A stretch of DNA of 64,000 bases from Hypanus sabinus. Lineage: Eukaryota. The notes under the pieces are model-generated. The model had not been told where the DNA came from. It saw only the letters and a program-made list of their open reading frames with translations, and ran no database searches. The position numbers were made by a program, and so were the translations under genes. Below are positions 37,900-52,362 of this stretch, piece after piece; positions within the stretch are counted from its first letter, which is position 1, and the number at the start of each line of letters is the position of its first letter. The stretch spans positions 93,992,001-94,056,000 of the forward strand of contig NC_082714.1 of the NCBI RefSeq assembly GCF_030144855.1, written 5' to 3'.

Positions 37900-40140
37900 G
37901 TCAATGTAGAGTCAGTTATAGAAACATGGACGCATAGATACCTACAGCACAATACTGACCCTCGGCCTACAAAGTTGTGCCGAACGTGTTCCTACCTTGG
38001 AAATTACTAGGCTTACCTATAGCCCTCTATTTTCCTAAGCTCCATGTGCCTATCCAAAAGTCTCTCTAAAGACCCTATCGTATCCACCTTTACCACCGTT
38101 GCCGGCAGCCCATTCCACGCACTCACCACTCTCTGAGTAAAAAACTTACATCTGACATCTCCTCTGTATCTATTTCCCAGCACCTTAAACCTGAGTCCTC
38201 CTGTGGCAACCATTTCTGCCCTGGGAAAAAGTTTCTGACTGTCCACACGATCAATGCCTTTCATCATCTTTACACTTCAATCAGGTCACCTCTCATCCTC
38301 CGTCGCTACAAGGAGAAAAGGCCGAGTTCACTCAATCTATTCTCATAAGGTATGCTCCCCCATTCAGGGAACATTCTTGTCAATCTCTTCTGTACCCTTT
38401 CTATGGTTTCCACATCCTTCCTGTAGTGAGCGATCAGAACTGAGCACAGTACCATAAGAGGTGTCTGACTATTTTTCTATATAGCTGCAACATTACCTCT
38501 CGGCTACTAAATTTAATTCCACTATTGATGAAGACCAATATACCGTACTCCTTCTTAACCACAGAGTCAATCTGCGCAGCTGCTTTGAGTGTTCTGCAGA
38601 CTCGAACCCTAAGATTCCTATGATCCTCCACACTGGCAAGAGTCTTACCATTAATTCTACATTCTGCCATCATATTTGACCTATCAAGATGAACATCTTT
38701 ACACTTACCTGGGTTGAGCTCCATCTGTCACTTATCAGCCCAGTTTTGCATCCTATCAATGTCGCTTTGTAACCTTTGACAGCTTTCCACACTATAAACA
38801 TTTATGAAAATCATTTATAAAAATCACGAAGAGTAAGTGTCTCAGAACAGATCCCTGAGGCATTCCACTAGTGACCGACCTCCATGCAGAATATGACCCG
38901 TCTACAACCGCTCATTGCCTTCTGTGGGCTAGCCAGTTCTGGATCCACAAAACAATATTTCCTTGAGTCTCATGTCTTCTTACTTTCTCAATAAGCCTTG
39001 CATGGGTTTCCTGACCAGACGTCTTACTGAAATACATATACAGTACATCTGCTGCTCTTCCTTCATCAATGTGTTCAGTTACATCCTCAAAACATTCAAT
39101 CCGTCTCGTAAGGCACGTCCTGCCCTTGGAAAAGTCATGCTGACTACTCCTACTCATATTATACCTCTCCAAGTGTTCATAAATCCTGCCTCTCAGGATC
39201 TTTCCAATCAGCTTACCAACCACTGAGGTAAGACTGATTGGTCTATAATTTCCTGGGCTCTCTCTTCTCTCTTTCTTGAATAAAGGAACAATACTCGCAA
39301 CATTCCAATCCTCCGGAACCTCTCCCATCCCCACTCATGATGCAAAGATCATCGCCAGACGCTCAGAAATCTCCTCCCTTGCCTCTCACAGTAGCCTGGG
39401 GTGCATCTCATCCAGTCCCGGCCAGAAGGACATCCGACTTGATGCTTTACAAAATCTTCAGCACATCCTCTTCCTTAGTATCAACATGCTGAATGTTTTC
39501 AGTCTGTTGCAAGTCATCACTACAATCACCATTTCCATCGTGAATACTGAAGTAAGGTATTCATTAAGTACTCTGCTAATTCCTCCGGTTCCATGCACAC
39601 TTTCCCACTGTCACAATTGATAGATCCTGTTCATTCACGTCTTACCATTTTGCTCTTCACATATTTGTAGAATGCCTTGGGTTTTCCTTAATCCTGCCCG
39701 CTAAGGCCTTCTCATGGCCCCTTCTGGCTTTCACAATTTCCTTCCTATTAGCATAACCTTCTAGATCTCTAACATTACCGAGCTCTCTGCACCTTTTGTA
39801 AGCTTTTATGTTGTTCTTGACTAGATTTATTACAGCTTTTAAACAGCACGGTTCCTGTACCCTACCATTACTTCCATGTCTCATATAAACGTACCTGTGC
39901 AGAACTCCACACAAATATCCACTGAACATTTGCCACATTTCTTCCGTACTTTTCCCTGAGAATATCTCTTTCCAATTTAAGCTTCCAATTTGTTGCCTCA
40001 TAGCCACATGATTCCCATTACTCCACTTAAACGTTTTTCTAACTTGTCTGTTGCTATCTCTGTCGATTTCTATTTTAAAGGTGATAAGTACATGATCACT
40101 ATCACTCCTTGCTCTAGAGAGATGCCAATCGTGCATCTAC
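37900..40140 (-). mobile_element. CR1 LINE ORF2 fragments with deletions
   Basis: GEVPEDWNVASIVPLFKK..PGNYRPISLTSVVGK; LRGDMI-type tail; ORFs 38013-40136. Confidence 0.85.
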
Positions 40141-41620
40141 AGAAGTTTGTAAGACTTTTAGATATCATGCCAAAGCTTTGCAAACTTCTAGGTATGTAAT
40201 GGTCCTACCGTTACTTCTTTGTAATGCCGGTTGTGGGCTGGACCCTGGACAGAAATGATAACATCTCTGATCTCCTGATGAGGACTGGCTAAAGGATCTC
40301 CGAATTATTCCCCCCGCTGTAGTTAGTTAACTGTTCTTTGGTGTTGCTGACATTCAGTGAGAGTTTGTTGATGCGGCACTTTTCAGCCAAATAAGGTCAT
40401 GTCTTTCATTCAGTCCTCTCCTCAACGGAAACAACGACTAGCACGGAGACTTAGATCCGAAGACCAGTGTAGATATGTTCAACAATGTGCCAGAGGTAGT
40501 GGTATAGAGTAGTAAAATTGTGCAGTTTAAAAGACATCTGGGCAGTTAGACGGAAATTAAAATTTTATTGTGTCATTAGTCAAACACAAAGAAAAGGGAC
40601 GAGCTCAGTTAGGCAACTTGGCCGGCAAGGACAAGCTGGGTAGAAGGGCCCATTTCTGTGCTGGATAACTATGTAGGTCTAAATGTCGCGGTTGTCAGAG
40701 GCAAGGAATTAGTATCATAGTTGGTTGTCAGTGAGGCTCAACAAGAACCACTCCTGTGGCCTCCAATACATATTATTTATCTTAGGGACTGACTTGTAAA
40801 GACAAAGTAGTTTTGAAGTTAGTAACAGCGAATAAAACTAAGGATTAATCACAGCCTTTGCAAGTTAATGACATCCAAGTACAACATGCTGTGAGGGATT
40901 AATTTTGGCTTTTTCCTAGAAGTTTGAGGACCGGACATTTTGGTTGGATCACAATTGTTCAGTACTTGAAACAGGTGTGTCTTCAGATTGAATTACCCAA
41001 CTCAGATCATGTTCTCTGGAGGAGAGAACTGACCGGTAATGGTAGGCTGGGAAAGGAAAACCAAACAAGTTCGGGGAACTGAAAGGTGAATACACCGAAA
41101 GACAAGATTTTGATTCGACTACAAAGAGGACGGGAAAACTCTTTCCTCCGGATGGATGATGGGGGGATATGATGAAGTAGGATGATGTGACCGAATTCAG
41201 TCAGTGCCTGTCAATTTTCTCTCCCAGAGCCCCGTACATTTGTAGTCGCAGACCAGAATCCAGAATGATAGATGTTCGTGCACACCGCGATTTAGCGCTG
41301 TTGATATCGCCTGGGCAGTGCTGGGGTTAAGACCATTTTCGATCTCGGATAACATCCAAGCAAGTGCGCGAGATCCATGCGTGTTCTTACTTATCCCCTG
41401 TGTGCCAGGTTTTGAAGCATTTATCAGGTTCCTGAAATTATGTTGCGGGTAGGTTCAGAGATGGAGAGAGCAACCGAGCCCATGATCACCCTCTGGGCTT
41501 TTCTCACACCCTTATGTTACTGAAGTGACTTTTTTGTTCACTACTCTCAAAGTTGTACATTTATCAGGCACAGAACTGCATCATTATCTCCTCCAACACT
41601 CCTATTTCTCTCTCTTTCAG

Positions 41621-41622
<2 letters not shown>

Positions 41623-41675
<53 letters not shown>

Positions 41676-41680
41676 CACAC
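41623..41680 (+). repeat. (CA)n microsatellite
   Basis: About 28 CA units; absent from the paralogous position near 56420. Confidence 0.98.
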
Positions 41681-42276
41681 CCTCCCCTCGCTCCGCGCCC
41701 TCCTCGCGCTCCGCCTTTTCAATCCTCTCTCTCTCCCCTCCTTCCGTCTCTGTCCTCTCTGCCTCTCCCCATCTCTCACACATTTTCTCCGCTCACATTG
41801 TTATCTTACTCATTCTGCCTCACTTCCCAGTGCTTTTCCTTTCACAAATAGAACCATAGAACATTACAGCACAGAAATAGGCCTTTTGGCCCTTCTTGGC
41901 TGTGCCGAACCATTTTTTTTTTGCTAGTCCCACTGAGCTGCACCTGGGCCATATCCCTACAAACTACTCTCATCCATATACTTGTCCAATTTTTTCTTCA
42001 ATGTCAAAAGTGAGCCCGCATTCACCAGTTCATCTGCATTCTGCACTCCCACCACTCTCTGCGTGAAGAAGTCCCCCTTAATGTTCCCTTTAACCTTTTC
42101 CCCTTCACCCTTAACAAATGACCTCTGTTTTTTTTTCTCCCCTGGCCTCAGTGAAAAAAAGCCTGCTTGCATTCACTCTATCTATGCCCATCATAATTTT
42201 ATACACCCCTATCAATCTCACTCTCGCTCTCACCGTCTCACCCGCTGTCTCTCCCGTTTCCCACAACTCATTCTAC

Positions 42277-42531
42277 CTGTCTCCTTCGCTGTCCCTCTGT
42301 CCTTCAATTCATCGTTTGTTACAACCAATTCCAATTGCGTACGCTTTTATTTTTCAGGTTTAGTTTTAGGATGTGTCTCTCCCTATTATTGCAGTTTCTC
42401 GGATTGAAAGAATTAAGAAAAATGTTCTGTCGTATTTTATCAACGCACCCACCTTCCCGGGACCTGGTGACCGCACCACCTGCGTAACTTCACAAACAGG
42501 ACAGAAACAGCAGCAATTTGTGTAACTGTCG
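42277..42531 (-). pseudogene. Decayed V(J)-like exon in duplication copy A
   Basis: 79-nt GTGAGC..TTTAG intron (42610-42532); TVTQ, PGKVGALIKY, FNP-8aa-HIL-14aa-C (same spacing as FRP-8aa-HIL-14aa-C in the IgL V at 50.3 kb), GQ.GT-like J, donor ACAG|GTAGAA. Confidence 0.5.
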
Positions 42532-43851
42532 CTAAATAAAGGCTGTACAAACCCCGTCCCGGTCCCAATGGGGAGATGACGCGGTCCGCAGTTGCATCAG
42601 TGCCGCTCACAACACAAGCAGTTCGACCTTATTCATCTATCCATCTCATCCTGTACTCTGGTCAGCGACGAAAAAAAATCATGGGGCCATGGGAGAAATA
42701 ATTGAAAGCCCCTGACTGAATGAGGGAGAAGTTAACTGGACTGACTAGTGTCCTACAGTAGGAAGGGGTTGAGGGAGAATTACCATAACCGAGGTTATAA
42801 GCGACACGTTTTCAAACATTAATTACCATCTACAATTATCCAATAAGAGATAATCGATAGGAGAAGCATTACAGAACCCAAACCGCAGGATAACATTCCA
42901 GAAATAAAAACGAGCGAATATTCCACAGTGGCGTTATTAGAGAAACGTTTATACGATGTCACTAAGTCGAACTTTTAATTGGACGAATTTTCTTCTCATC
43001 TACAACACAGTATCCAAATATGGCGGCAGAATGAAGGCTGGGTGTTGATGAACTAAATCATGGACAAGGGAAAGGAGATTTGATGTCCCACACATGGCTC
43101 ACTATTAATAACAGTGAGGATCAGCATCAGAATCAGGTACAATATCATTTTCATATGTCGTGAAATGTGTTGTTTGTGCCCCAGTGTGCTGAGGACCCGA
43201 ATAAAATAAACATGGAATGTCATGAAGTTATAAAGCACAACAACACCAAATCAAACGTTTCGGTCCATCTAGGCTTTTCCGAACTGTTAATATGGTTAGA
43301 CCTGTCATTTTGGACCGGAACCATCAGCATCCATACCCCTCCTTCAATCCAAATTTCTCTTAAATGTTTAAATCCACCCTCATCCATCACAATCGTTAGT
43401 AAGTCTTTCTGCACTCTCACCATCCTCTGTGTGAAGAAGTTCCACCCAATGTTCCCTTTAAACATTCCAACTTTTACCCTTATTCCAGATCTCCAGTTGT
43501 AGTCTCATCCAATATCGGTGGGGAAATAGCCCGCTTATATTTCACCCTTGCTATATCTCGCTTGCGTGGCGTCGTAGGAGACATGAAGATCCACCAGAAC
43601 CCACCATACTATAAGTATATAAGGAAAACGTTAAAATCGAAAGGTTAAATTGGATCAATTTCACATTCAGAATGGAAACACTATAAAATAAATAAATAAA
43701 GCGTCGGTGAAATTGTGTGAGAAGGTAAAGGAAATCTTCTTCAAATATATCAGAACGAAAGGCCACTCTACACTCTTACACTCCATGCAAACTGTACAGC
43801 TAAGAAGGTATTTTTGTTTAACAAAAAGGCACCGAAGTCATATACAAAAGT

Positions 43852-44125
43852 NNNNNNNNNNNNNNNNNNNNNNNNNNNNNNNNNNNNNNNNNNNNNNNNN
43901 NNNNNNNNNNNNNNNNNNNNNNNNNNNNNNNNNNNNNNNNNNNNNNNNNNNNNNNNNNNNNNNNNNNNNNNNNNNNNNNNNNNNNNNNNNNNNNNNNNNN
44001 NNNNNNNNNNNNNNNNNNNNNNNNNNNNNNNNNNNNNNNNNNNNNNNNNNNNNNNNNNNNNNNNNNNNNNNNNNNNNNNNNNNNNNNNNNNNNNNNNNNN
44101 NNNNNNNNNNNNNNNNNNNNNNNNN
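43852..44125. other. Assembly gap (274 N)
   Basis: Run of N. Confidence 1.
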
Positions 44126-44299
44126 GGGCTGGAAAACATGGTAGTAGATGACAGTAGGTTCTCAGGCTTGGCGGAATGGCGGAGTCTATTATAAAGACTA
44201 TAAGACCATAAAACATAGGAGAAGAATTAGACCATCTGGCTCGTCGAGTTTGGGCCAGCATTCAATCATGTCTGTCTCTTTTCTAATCTCCTCCTCATC

Positions 44300-47200
44300 C
44301 CTAGTTCCCGGCCTTCTTCCCGTATTCTATCATGCCATGTCCAATCAAAAACTTGTCAATCCCTGCCTTAAATACAGCAAGAGACCCGGCCTCAACAGTT
44401 GCATATGGCAACAAATTACACAAATTCACCCGTTGTCGAAATAAATTTCTCCACATCTCTATTTTGAAAGGTAGCAACTCTATGCTGAGGCTGTGCCCTC
44501 TTGCCCTAGATTCTCCCACCATGGGATACATCCCTTCCACATCTCTAGGCCTTTAAGAATTCGAAAGCTTTCAATGAGGTCCCTGCTCATTCTTCGGAGT
44601 TCCAGCGTATATAGACCCAGAGCCATTAGGCCTTCCTCGTATGATAACTCTTTCATTCCTGGAATCATCATTGTGAAACTCCTCTGGATCCTCTGCAATG
44701 CCAGCACATGCATGCTAAGATGATGGGCCCAGTACTGTATGCAGTACTCACGTTGAGGCCTCAAATGTGCCTTATAAATCCTCAGCATCGCATCCATGCT
44801 CTTGTCTTCTAGACCTCTTGAAATAAACGCCAACATAATATTTGCCTTCCTCATCACCCACTCAAACTGTAGTTAACTTTCAGGATGTTCTTCACAAGGA
44901 CTTCCAATTACCTCTGCATTGCAGACACCTTGATTTTCTCTCCGGTTAGAAAATAGGCCGCACGTTTATTTCTACTATCAAAGCGATGAGGATGTTAGGA
45001 GAATTCAGGGTGATTTGGATAGCCTGGGTGAGTGGGCAGATACTTGGCAGATAGCGTTTAATGGGAATAAGTGTGAGGTTGTCCACTTTGGGAGTAAGAA
45101 CAGGAAGGTAGATTATTATCTGAACGGTGTAGAGTTGGGTAAGGGAGAAATACAAATAGATCTCGGAGTCATTGTTCATCAGTCACTGAAGGTGAATGAG
45201 CAAGTGCAGCAGGCAGTGAAGAAGGCTAATAGAATGTTGGCCTTTATTACAAAGGGAATTGAGCACAAGAGCAAGGAAATCCTCTCGCATCTGTACAGAG
45301 CCCTGGAGAGACCACAGCTGGTGTACAGTTTTAGTCTCCAGGGTTAAGGAAGGACATCCTGGCTGTAGAGGAAGTGCAGCGTAGATTCGCGAGGTTAATT
45401 CCTGGGATGTCTGGACTGTCTTATGCAGAGAGGTTAGAGATACTGGGCTTGTACACGCTGGAATTAAGGAGATTGAGAGGGGATCTGATTGAAACATATA
45501 AGATTATTAAGGAATTGGACAAGATAGAGGCAGGAAATATGTTCCAGATGCTGGGAGAGTCCAGTATCAGAGGGCATGGTTTGAGAATAAGGGGTAGGTC
45601 ATTTAGGACAGAGTTAAGGAAAAACTTCTTCTCCCAGAGAGTTGTGGGTGTCTGGAATGCACTGCCTAGGAAGGTAGTGAAGGCCAATTCTCTGGATGCT
45701 TTCAAGAAGGAGCTAGATAGGTATCTTATGGATAGGGGAGTCAAGGGATATGGGGACAAGGCAGGAACCGGGTATTGATAGTAATTGATCAGCCATGATC
45801 TCAAAATGGCGGTGCAGGCTCGAAGGGCCGAATGGTCTACTTCTGCACCTATTGTATGTTGTCTGTTGCCTGGTGCATGGCCATGCATTTTCCAATATTG
45901 TATTTCATTTGCCACTTTCTTGCCCATTCTCTTAACGAGTCTAAGCGCTTTTCTCAACACTACCTGCTCCTCCATCAATGTAGGTATCATTTCCAAACTT
46001 GGCAACAAAACCATTTATTCCGTCATATAAATCAGTCATTTACAGCATCAAACGCAGTGGTCTCAACACCGACACCTGTGGAACACCACTGCTCACTGGC
46101 AGACAACCAGAAAAGAATGTCTTCATTCCCACTCGCTGTCTCCTACCAATCAGACAATGCTCTAACCATGTTAACAATTTTCCTGTGATACCATAAGCTC
46201 TTAACTTGCTCAGCAGCCTCATTTGTGGCACCTTGTCAAAGGCCTTCTGTAAGTCCAAATATACAACATCCACTGCATCCCCTTTATGCTACTTGTCATC
46301 TCCAGAATTCCAACAGGTTTGTCAGGCAGGATTTTCCCTGAAGGAAACGATACTGATTTTGTACTATGTTGTTCTGTGTCACCAATTAGTCCATCACCTA
46401 ATCCTTAACAATTGACTCTGACATCTTCCCAAACACTGAGGTCGCGCTAACTGGTCTATAATTTCCTTTCTGCTGCATTCCTCCTGTCTTAAAGAATGGA
46501 GGAAGATTTGAATTTTTTCAGTCGTCTGGTACCTCTTTCAGAACACTAAGGTGCAATTCCTCTGGTAAGAGTGACTTCTGTACATTTTGTACCTTCTCCC
46601 TTCCTTCACACACTACAACATCGTGCACACTGCTGGTCTTCCACAGTGATTACTGACGGAAAATACTCATTTAGATCATCGGCCATCTTCTTGTTCCCCG
46701 TTAAGATTTCTTCTGTTTCATTTTCTAGCAGTCTTATATCCACTTTCATTTCTCTTTTATTTTTAACATCCTTGTAAGAACTTTTACTATCCACTTTGAT
46801 ATGATTTGCTAGCTTGCTTTCTTATTTCATCCTTACCCTTCTAATGCCTTTTTAGTTGATCTCTGAAGGTTTTTTAAAACTTCCAAATCCTTTATCTTCC
46901 CACTAATTTTTGTATTGTTGTATGCACTTTCTGTTGCTTTTACAATAACTTTGACTTTCCTGCCAGCCATGCTTGCACCATTTTATCATTTGAGTGTTTC
47001 TTCATTTTTGGAATAAATAATGCCCTCCACCTTCCTCATTTCCTCCAAAAACACACATTATTGCTGCTCTACTGACATGCTTGTTAGAAGCTCCTTCCTG
47101 TTTACTTTGGCCAACTCCTCTCCCATACCAGTTTAGTTTCCCTTACTTCTCTGAAGTACTGCTACGTCAGATATCACTTTCTCTCTATCAGATTTCAAGT

Positions 47201-48150
47201 TGAACACAATTATATTGTGATGAGTGTTTCCTCAGGGTACTTTTACCTTATGCTCCCTAGTCGCCTCCGGTTCCTTACATAACACCCGATCCAAAATAGC
47301 TGATCCCCTCGTCGACACAACGAAAAACTGCTGTAAAAAGCTATCCCTTAGGCATTCAACGAACTCACTCTTTTAAGATCCATTACCAACCAGATTTTCC
47401 TAATCGACCTGCATGTTAAAATCTCTCGTAACTACCATAACCTTTTTTATTCCCTGTCGTTACGTGTAGTCCATCTCCCAGATTCTGTTGGGACGCCTGT
47501 ATATAAGTGCCATCAATGTCCATTTAGCCCTGCAGTTTCTTAATTCAACCCACAATGATTCAACATGTCGCATCTGATTTGATGCCATTCTTTACCAGCT
47601 AAGCCACACCTCTGTCTACTTTCCTATCCCTCCGATATAACATGTATTGTTGGACCTTCAGCTCCCAACTACAACCATCCTTCATCCTTCACTGATGGCC
47701 ACAACATCATACTTGCAATCTGTAATATTTCAACAAGATCATCCACGTTATTTCTTATATTACGTGCATTTAGATACAACACCTTGAGAACTGCATTTGC
47801 TATCCTTTCTGATTCTGCATCCCTGATGATTTGATACTCAGCCTGCTGGCTGCAACTAAGTCCTATCACCTGCGTGCACTTCCTGACAATCTGGCTACAC
47901 GCTATCTCTATTTTTTACTATCCTTCCAATTCTGAGTCCCTTCACACCGGTTCACAACAACCTGCCAAGTTAGTTTAAACCCTCCCCAACAGCCCTAGCA
48001 AAACTATCCGCGAAATTATTGGTCAGGTAATAACTCATCGAGAAGAGATCCCAATTATCCAAGAACCTGAAGACCTGCCCGCTGCATCAGCTTCACAGCC
48101 ACGTATTTTCTACCAAATAGTCCTGTTTTTCACCTCACTGGCGCATGGCA
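44300..48150 (-). mobile_element. Old CR1 LINE (ORF2 to ORF1 fragments), interrupted by a young CR1
   Basis: RKANIMLAFISRGLE.., DVVYLDLQKAFDKVP, KVLYLNARNIRN; paralogous to 58000-58830 and 61000-62400. Confidence 0.8.
44986..45865 (+). mobile_element. Young-family CR1 3' fragment
   Basis: MQRRFARLIPGMSGLSYAERLE..GDKAGTGY*, same 3'UTR as the 15.4 and 19.3 kb copies; absent at the paralogous site near 58600. Confidence 0.92.
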
Positions 48151-49990
48151 CAGACAGTAATCCAGATAGTCCCACTCGGATGGTCCTGCATCTCAGCGTT
48201 CTACGTAGCTCTCTAAATTCTCTTTTCAGGACCTCATTTCTTTTTCAATTATACGCTCGCTCTCCTGACGTTTAGGGACTTTAAGGGAGTGTCTGAAGAT
48301 CCGCCAGGAAACAGGGATAGAAAACGTTACCGGCAAATCACTTCGTGATCTCATGGTAATGGTGTCATAACTTACGTAATGGAACGATTGCCAATCAGCG
48401 GACGCGGTGCATGTTGATTGTCAGCAGGCCGCATGTGAAGTGATTCGCAAGAGTTGCTGGAAAAAGAAATCCAGCGGTTCACAGTTTATATCCAAACACT
48501 TGGATAAGGGAACGGAGTGTAATATTGCCATGTTTGTTGATGATCATGTTTCTCAGGACACTGCAGAATGACTTAGTTGATGTTCACAGGTATCAAAGCA
48601 GTCAGGGATACAAAATACCGAATAAAATGTGGAAAACCGAAGGCCATGTCTAAAAAATGTTCTAAATTGGTGTCTCTTTCAGTGGCGAGAGGGTGAGATC
48701 ATGTATGCAAGTTCATGTTGAAGTTTATTGCCAATTAACACATGTACACAAACGAACCACCCTGTCTCTGAGACCAAGGTGAAAAACACAGTAAATAAAG
48801 CCATACACATTAGGTACAGTAACGCTCTAACACATGCAGTGAGAAAATAGATATCAGCACCAGTGTCTGAGTGGCATGGCCTAAAGATCGACCGGTTGAT
48901 ATGAATGTGAAAAGTATGTGTATGTATTTTAAGCTTTGAATTTTATAACCCCAAGCCTGTGGCAATGGTCTAATTTATAAGCTTCAATTTAATCAATCCA
49001 GTGGTTTGTGCGCAGTGGTTCCTCACCCCTGCCGGATGTTGATGGCGAACTAAGGTCATGGAATTACACGGGTTGGTTGTCAGATCCTTTCCTGTTGACA
49101 GAGGCCATTGCTGGAACTAATGTTGTAATACTGAAATTTGCTCCTACTAGCCTTGTGTGACTACTTTCGGAGTCGTTCCATGCCTCAATACATCACTGTT
49201 GAAAAACTACAGGAATGGCATTTCAGATGAAAGCCCGCTGACGTAAACAGCGACTATCTAGTTCACGGCAAAAATGCTGCCTGACCCGTTCAGTCCTTCC
49301 AGCTCTTTATGAGTTGCTCCAGATTCCAGCACCTGCAACCGTTTGCATCGCCGGTGCAATTATTGCTGAACATCCCTAATTCCCATCTAATGATACGCGG
49401 AAGACTCACTGATCAGAGGAGCACTGTGGCTGCATTGTTTGTGTACCACTGCAACCCCTTTGCACAATGACTAACCCCAATGTCTGACGTTAAATTAAAT
49501 TCTGCCCTGTCCCGCTTTAGAGACCTAGGGAGAAAAGAAAAAACAAACACTTGTCGGTTGGGAGTTACGCGTTCTCGCGACAAACTTCAGTCCCTCAAAA
49601 GCAAAGAAGCGACTTGTTTTCTGCAAGAAATGACATATTTTCAGATACGAAACGATGTATTGTCGACGTAATTCTGCATGGACACTTTGTAGAAATTTGA
49701 TGTGACCTTGAACAGTTTTGTTCTTATTAGGCATTCTGAACAGTGAGAAGGAGCCGAGTGACAAGTGGCCACCACTGTTGCAGAGGGAAGCAGCCGAAAC
49801 AATGTCTAAAATCAGTTTAGCCTGAGTATTCTCCAAAGTTCTACAGGCCTGGATATGTGATATAACTGAAGATAAAACAATCTTGATATTTGTGGTGAAG
49901 GCTTTAAAAATTAGCAAGATGGCCATTCAAAGGTTTCGAAGGTCAGCAAATCAATCTCCGCCCACCTTCTTTCCGTAGCGTCGCCCACTC

Positions 49991-49998
49991 ATTTACAT
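49991..49998 (+). promoter_or_regulatory. Degenerate Ig octamer (ATTTACAT)
   Basis: One mismatch to ATTTGCAT, 133 nt upstream of the IgL ATG, followed by an AT-rich ATTAATAA. Confidence 0.4.
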
Positions 49999-50286
49999 TC
50001 CAATTAATAAACAGACACGGAGACCCCAGTTTGTAGACTCTGGAACCAGAGCGGTTCCCGAACTTTACCGAACAACGCATGGGTCGGTCGGAATTTTTGG
50101 TCGCACGCTGTTCTGCATCTGTCCTGAGGAATGTCCCAAGCGCTGCATCTCCTGTGGGTTCTGCTGGTCCATTTAGCAGGTAAGAGTCAGATTGGTTCTC
50201 GCACGGATTATCCGTAAAAATGGAGATTACTACTGATTTTTATTTTATTCCAGGTCACCCAGTGGTTTTATGGTACTTCATTTCAG

Positions 50287-50640
50287 ATATCCACGCGGCC
50301 CCAGTGCTCAATCAGACCCCAATGTCCGGACCTATTTCCGCGGGTTAAACCGTCCGCTTACAGTGTCGGATATAGAACGGTAATGTTGGTAGTTACGAAA
50401 TGTACTGGTACCGACAGCGTCCCGGGGAGAAACCGGAGTGGGTGTTAGAACATGAGACGGACAATGATATATATCGAGGGACAGGTATCACAGACCGTTT
50501 TCGACCTTCGAGAGACACGTCCAGTAACAGTCACATCCTGACCATCACCAGTCTGGATCCTCGGGCTTCCGTCGTCTATTACTGTGCAGCCTGGGACTCT
50601 GGAGTTATCTTGGGCCCAGCCACCATCCTGGATATTAAGA
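50287..50640 (+). pseudogene. IgL sigma-cart fused VJ exon
   Basis: In-frame TAA 50346-50348 and TAG 50373-50375; J motif decayed to LGPATILDIK; no RSS or intervening DNA between V and J. Confidence 0.92.
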
Positions 50641-52362
50641 GTAAGTGAATTCCTTATTCTGTTACAAACAATTCCCCCTACAGCCACTCTCATTCCCCAC
50701 AGCTGGATAAAACCCCATCCAGGGAAGGCCTGTGGGAGGTTCCATCCGTTTCTGGTTGGCATAAGACTCCATTTAGCCCATCGATTCAGTTTCAACATTC
50801 AAATTAATGATCGTTTGACTTCTGAACAAATTTTTGCTGGAAATTCAACCAACACACACTAAATGCTGGTGGAACATGCATGCAGCATGCAGCATCTATA
50901 GGGAGAAGCCGAGACCCTTCGTCAGGAAGCTTTCTTTTGTTGTTGTTTTTTTTTTTTTGTTGGACGCTTTGGTAGCTGAATTCAATACTTTCCGACATCC
51001 CTTCTCCTAAGCACAATACGTCCCGAAAATTTTATCATTACTGTTGGTTTATTTTTGCTTCTTTTCACAGGATGCAATGAAAAGTTTATCTTGCATACTG
51101 TCCATAACAGCCACATAGGAAAGGCATTGCAGGTAGATAAGTTCCAAGATCTTATGGAAGTGAACTGTGAGGTCAATTGTCCATCTGATCGTACCAGAGT
51201 ACAATTCACTATTCTTATTACAGCAGTGCCTCTATTGTGTCATATTAAACCAATCCATACTGTCTACACATACTCCATATCCCTCCTTTCTCAGCACACC
51301 CATGTCTCCGTTTAACCGTTTCTTAGACTTCCCTATCGAATCTGCCTCCTCCACCTCATGCATCCTCCACTCTGTATAAAAGTAAACATTCACCGAACTT
51401 CTCCAGTAAATGTCACTCCTCTCCGCTAAGATTTCTGGCCTGGGGAAAAAATATTGACTGTCGATCCTATCGTTCTTTCCCATACTGTCTTGAATAATGT
51501 TCACAGACAATTTGGGAAATGATCGCTACCACAAGCATGACATCAATCCTTCCTTCTTTATTCACCACCTTTCAGAACATGTTTGTCGCGAATATTTCAT
51601 ATTTTTTCTGGGTGCCGTAAATCCTGGACCACAGGGCAGGGTATTCTCAGCTTCAAGTTAACATGTCAATCTGATTTTAGAAAACACAGGAGAAGAACAT
51701 CAGTCTTTAAAAATAATACACACTAGGAGAAGGTGCTGGGTAGAAAGCAGGCTGGTTATTGAGTCGAGCGGCAATAGATCTGGTTACTAGGGGTTAGGAA
51801 TACAAGCTGAGTCTGAACGAGTGGTTTCGCCTCTTCCCGCTTCTTACCGGTTCACAGACTTGCTCTTTTGTCCGTCATTTACTCGTCATCTACTGGGTCC
51901 CGAGTCTTGGATATTCACTGAGCTTTCCCGACCTCGGGACATACCAAAGGGCCTTCCTTCTATCATTAACTGAAAGTGTACTATTCCCAGTTATTGCCCT
52001 AAAATTTGGGGAGTTATTGGAGAACAAAGAACTGGTCTCAATAAAGCGAACAATCATATGGTCAAGGTGTGGGGATTTAGCGAAGAGTTTGAGTCGTGTT
52101 GAAGTTATCTTTTAACACAATGCAGTACCGATAGCAGAGTAGATTCAAAAACATTATTTGAAATAAGTAATCTCACTTCGTATCCACGTAAGGCTGCGAA
52201 TAATCCGGGCAACTCTTCACTCAAAGGGTCGTACCCGAGAGGTCAAATGTGCCGTATGCCGCCTCCCACTGCATTTGTTAATTTTGCTGTTGGTGTTTCT
52301 ATCTCTGAACAGGCCATGAACTGATACTTTGTTAATCCCACTTCGTCTGGTCTTTCCCACAA

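Noticed and set aside
40700-41500. Unique paralogous DNA (also 55500-56300) with scattered C/W motifs
   Set aside because: Could not build a consistent Ig frame in both copies.
41525-41927. HTHTHT/VCVCVC ORFs
   Set aside because: Translation of the CA microsatellite and CT-rich tract.
43707-44261. ORFs containing X runs
   Set aside because: Artefacts of the assembly gap.
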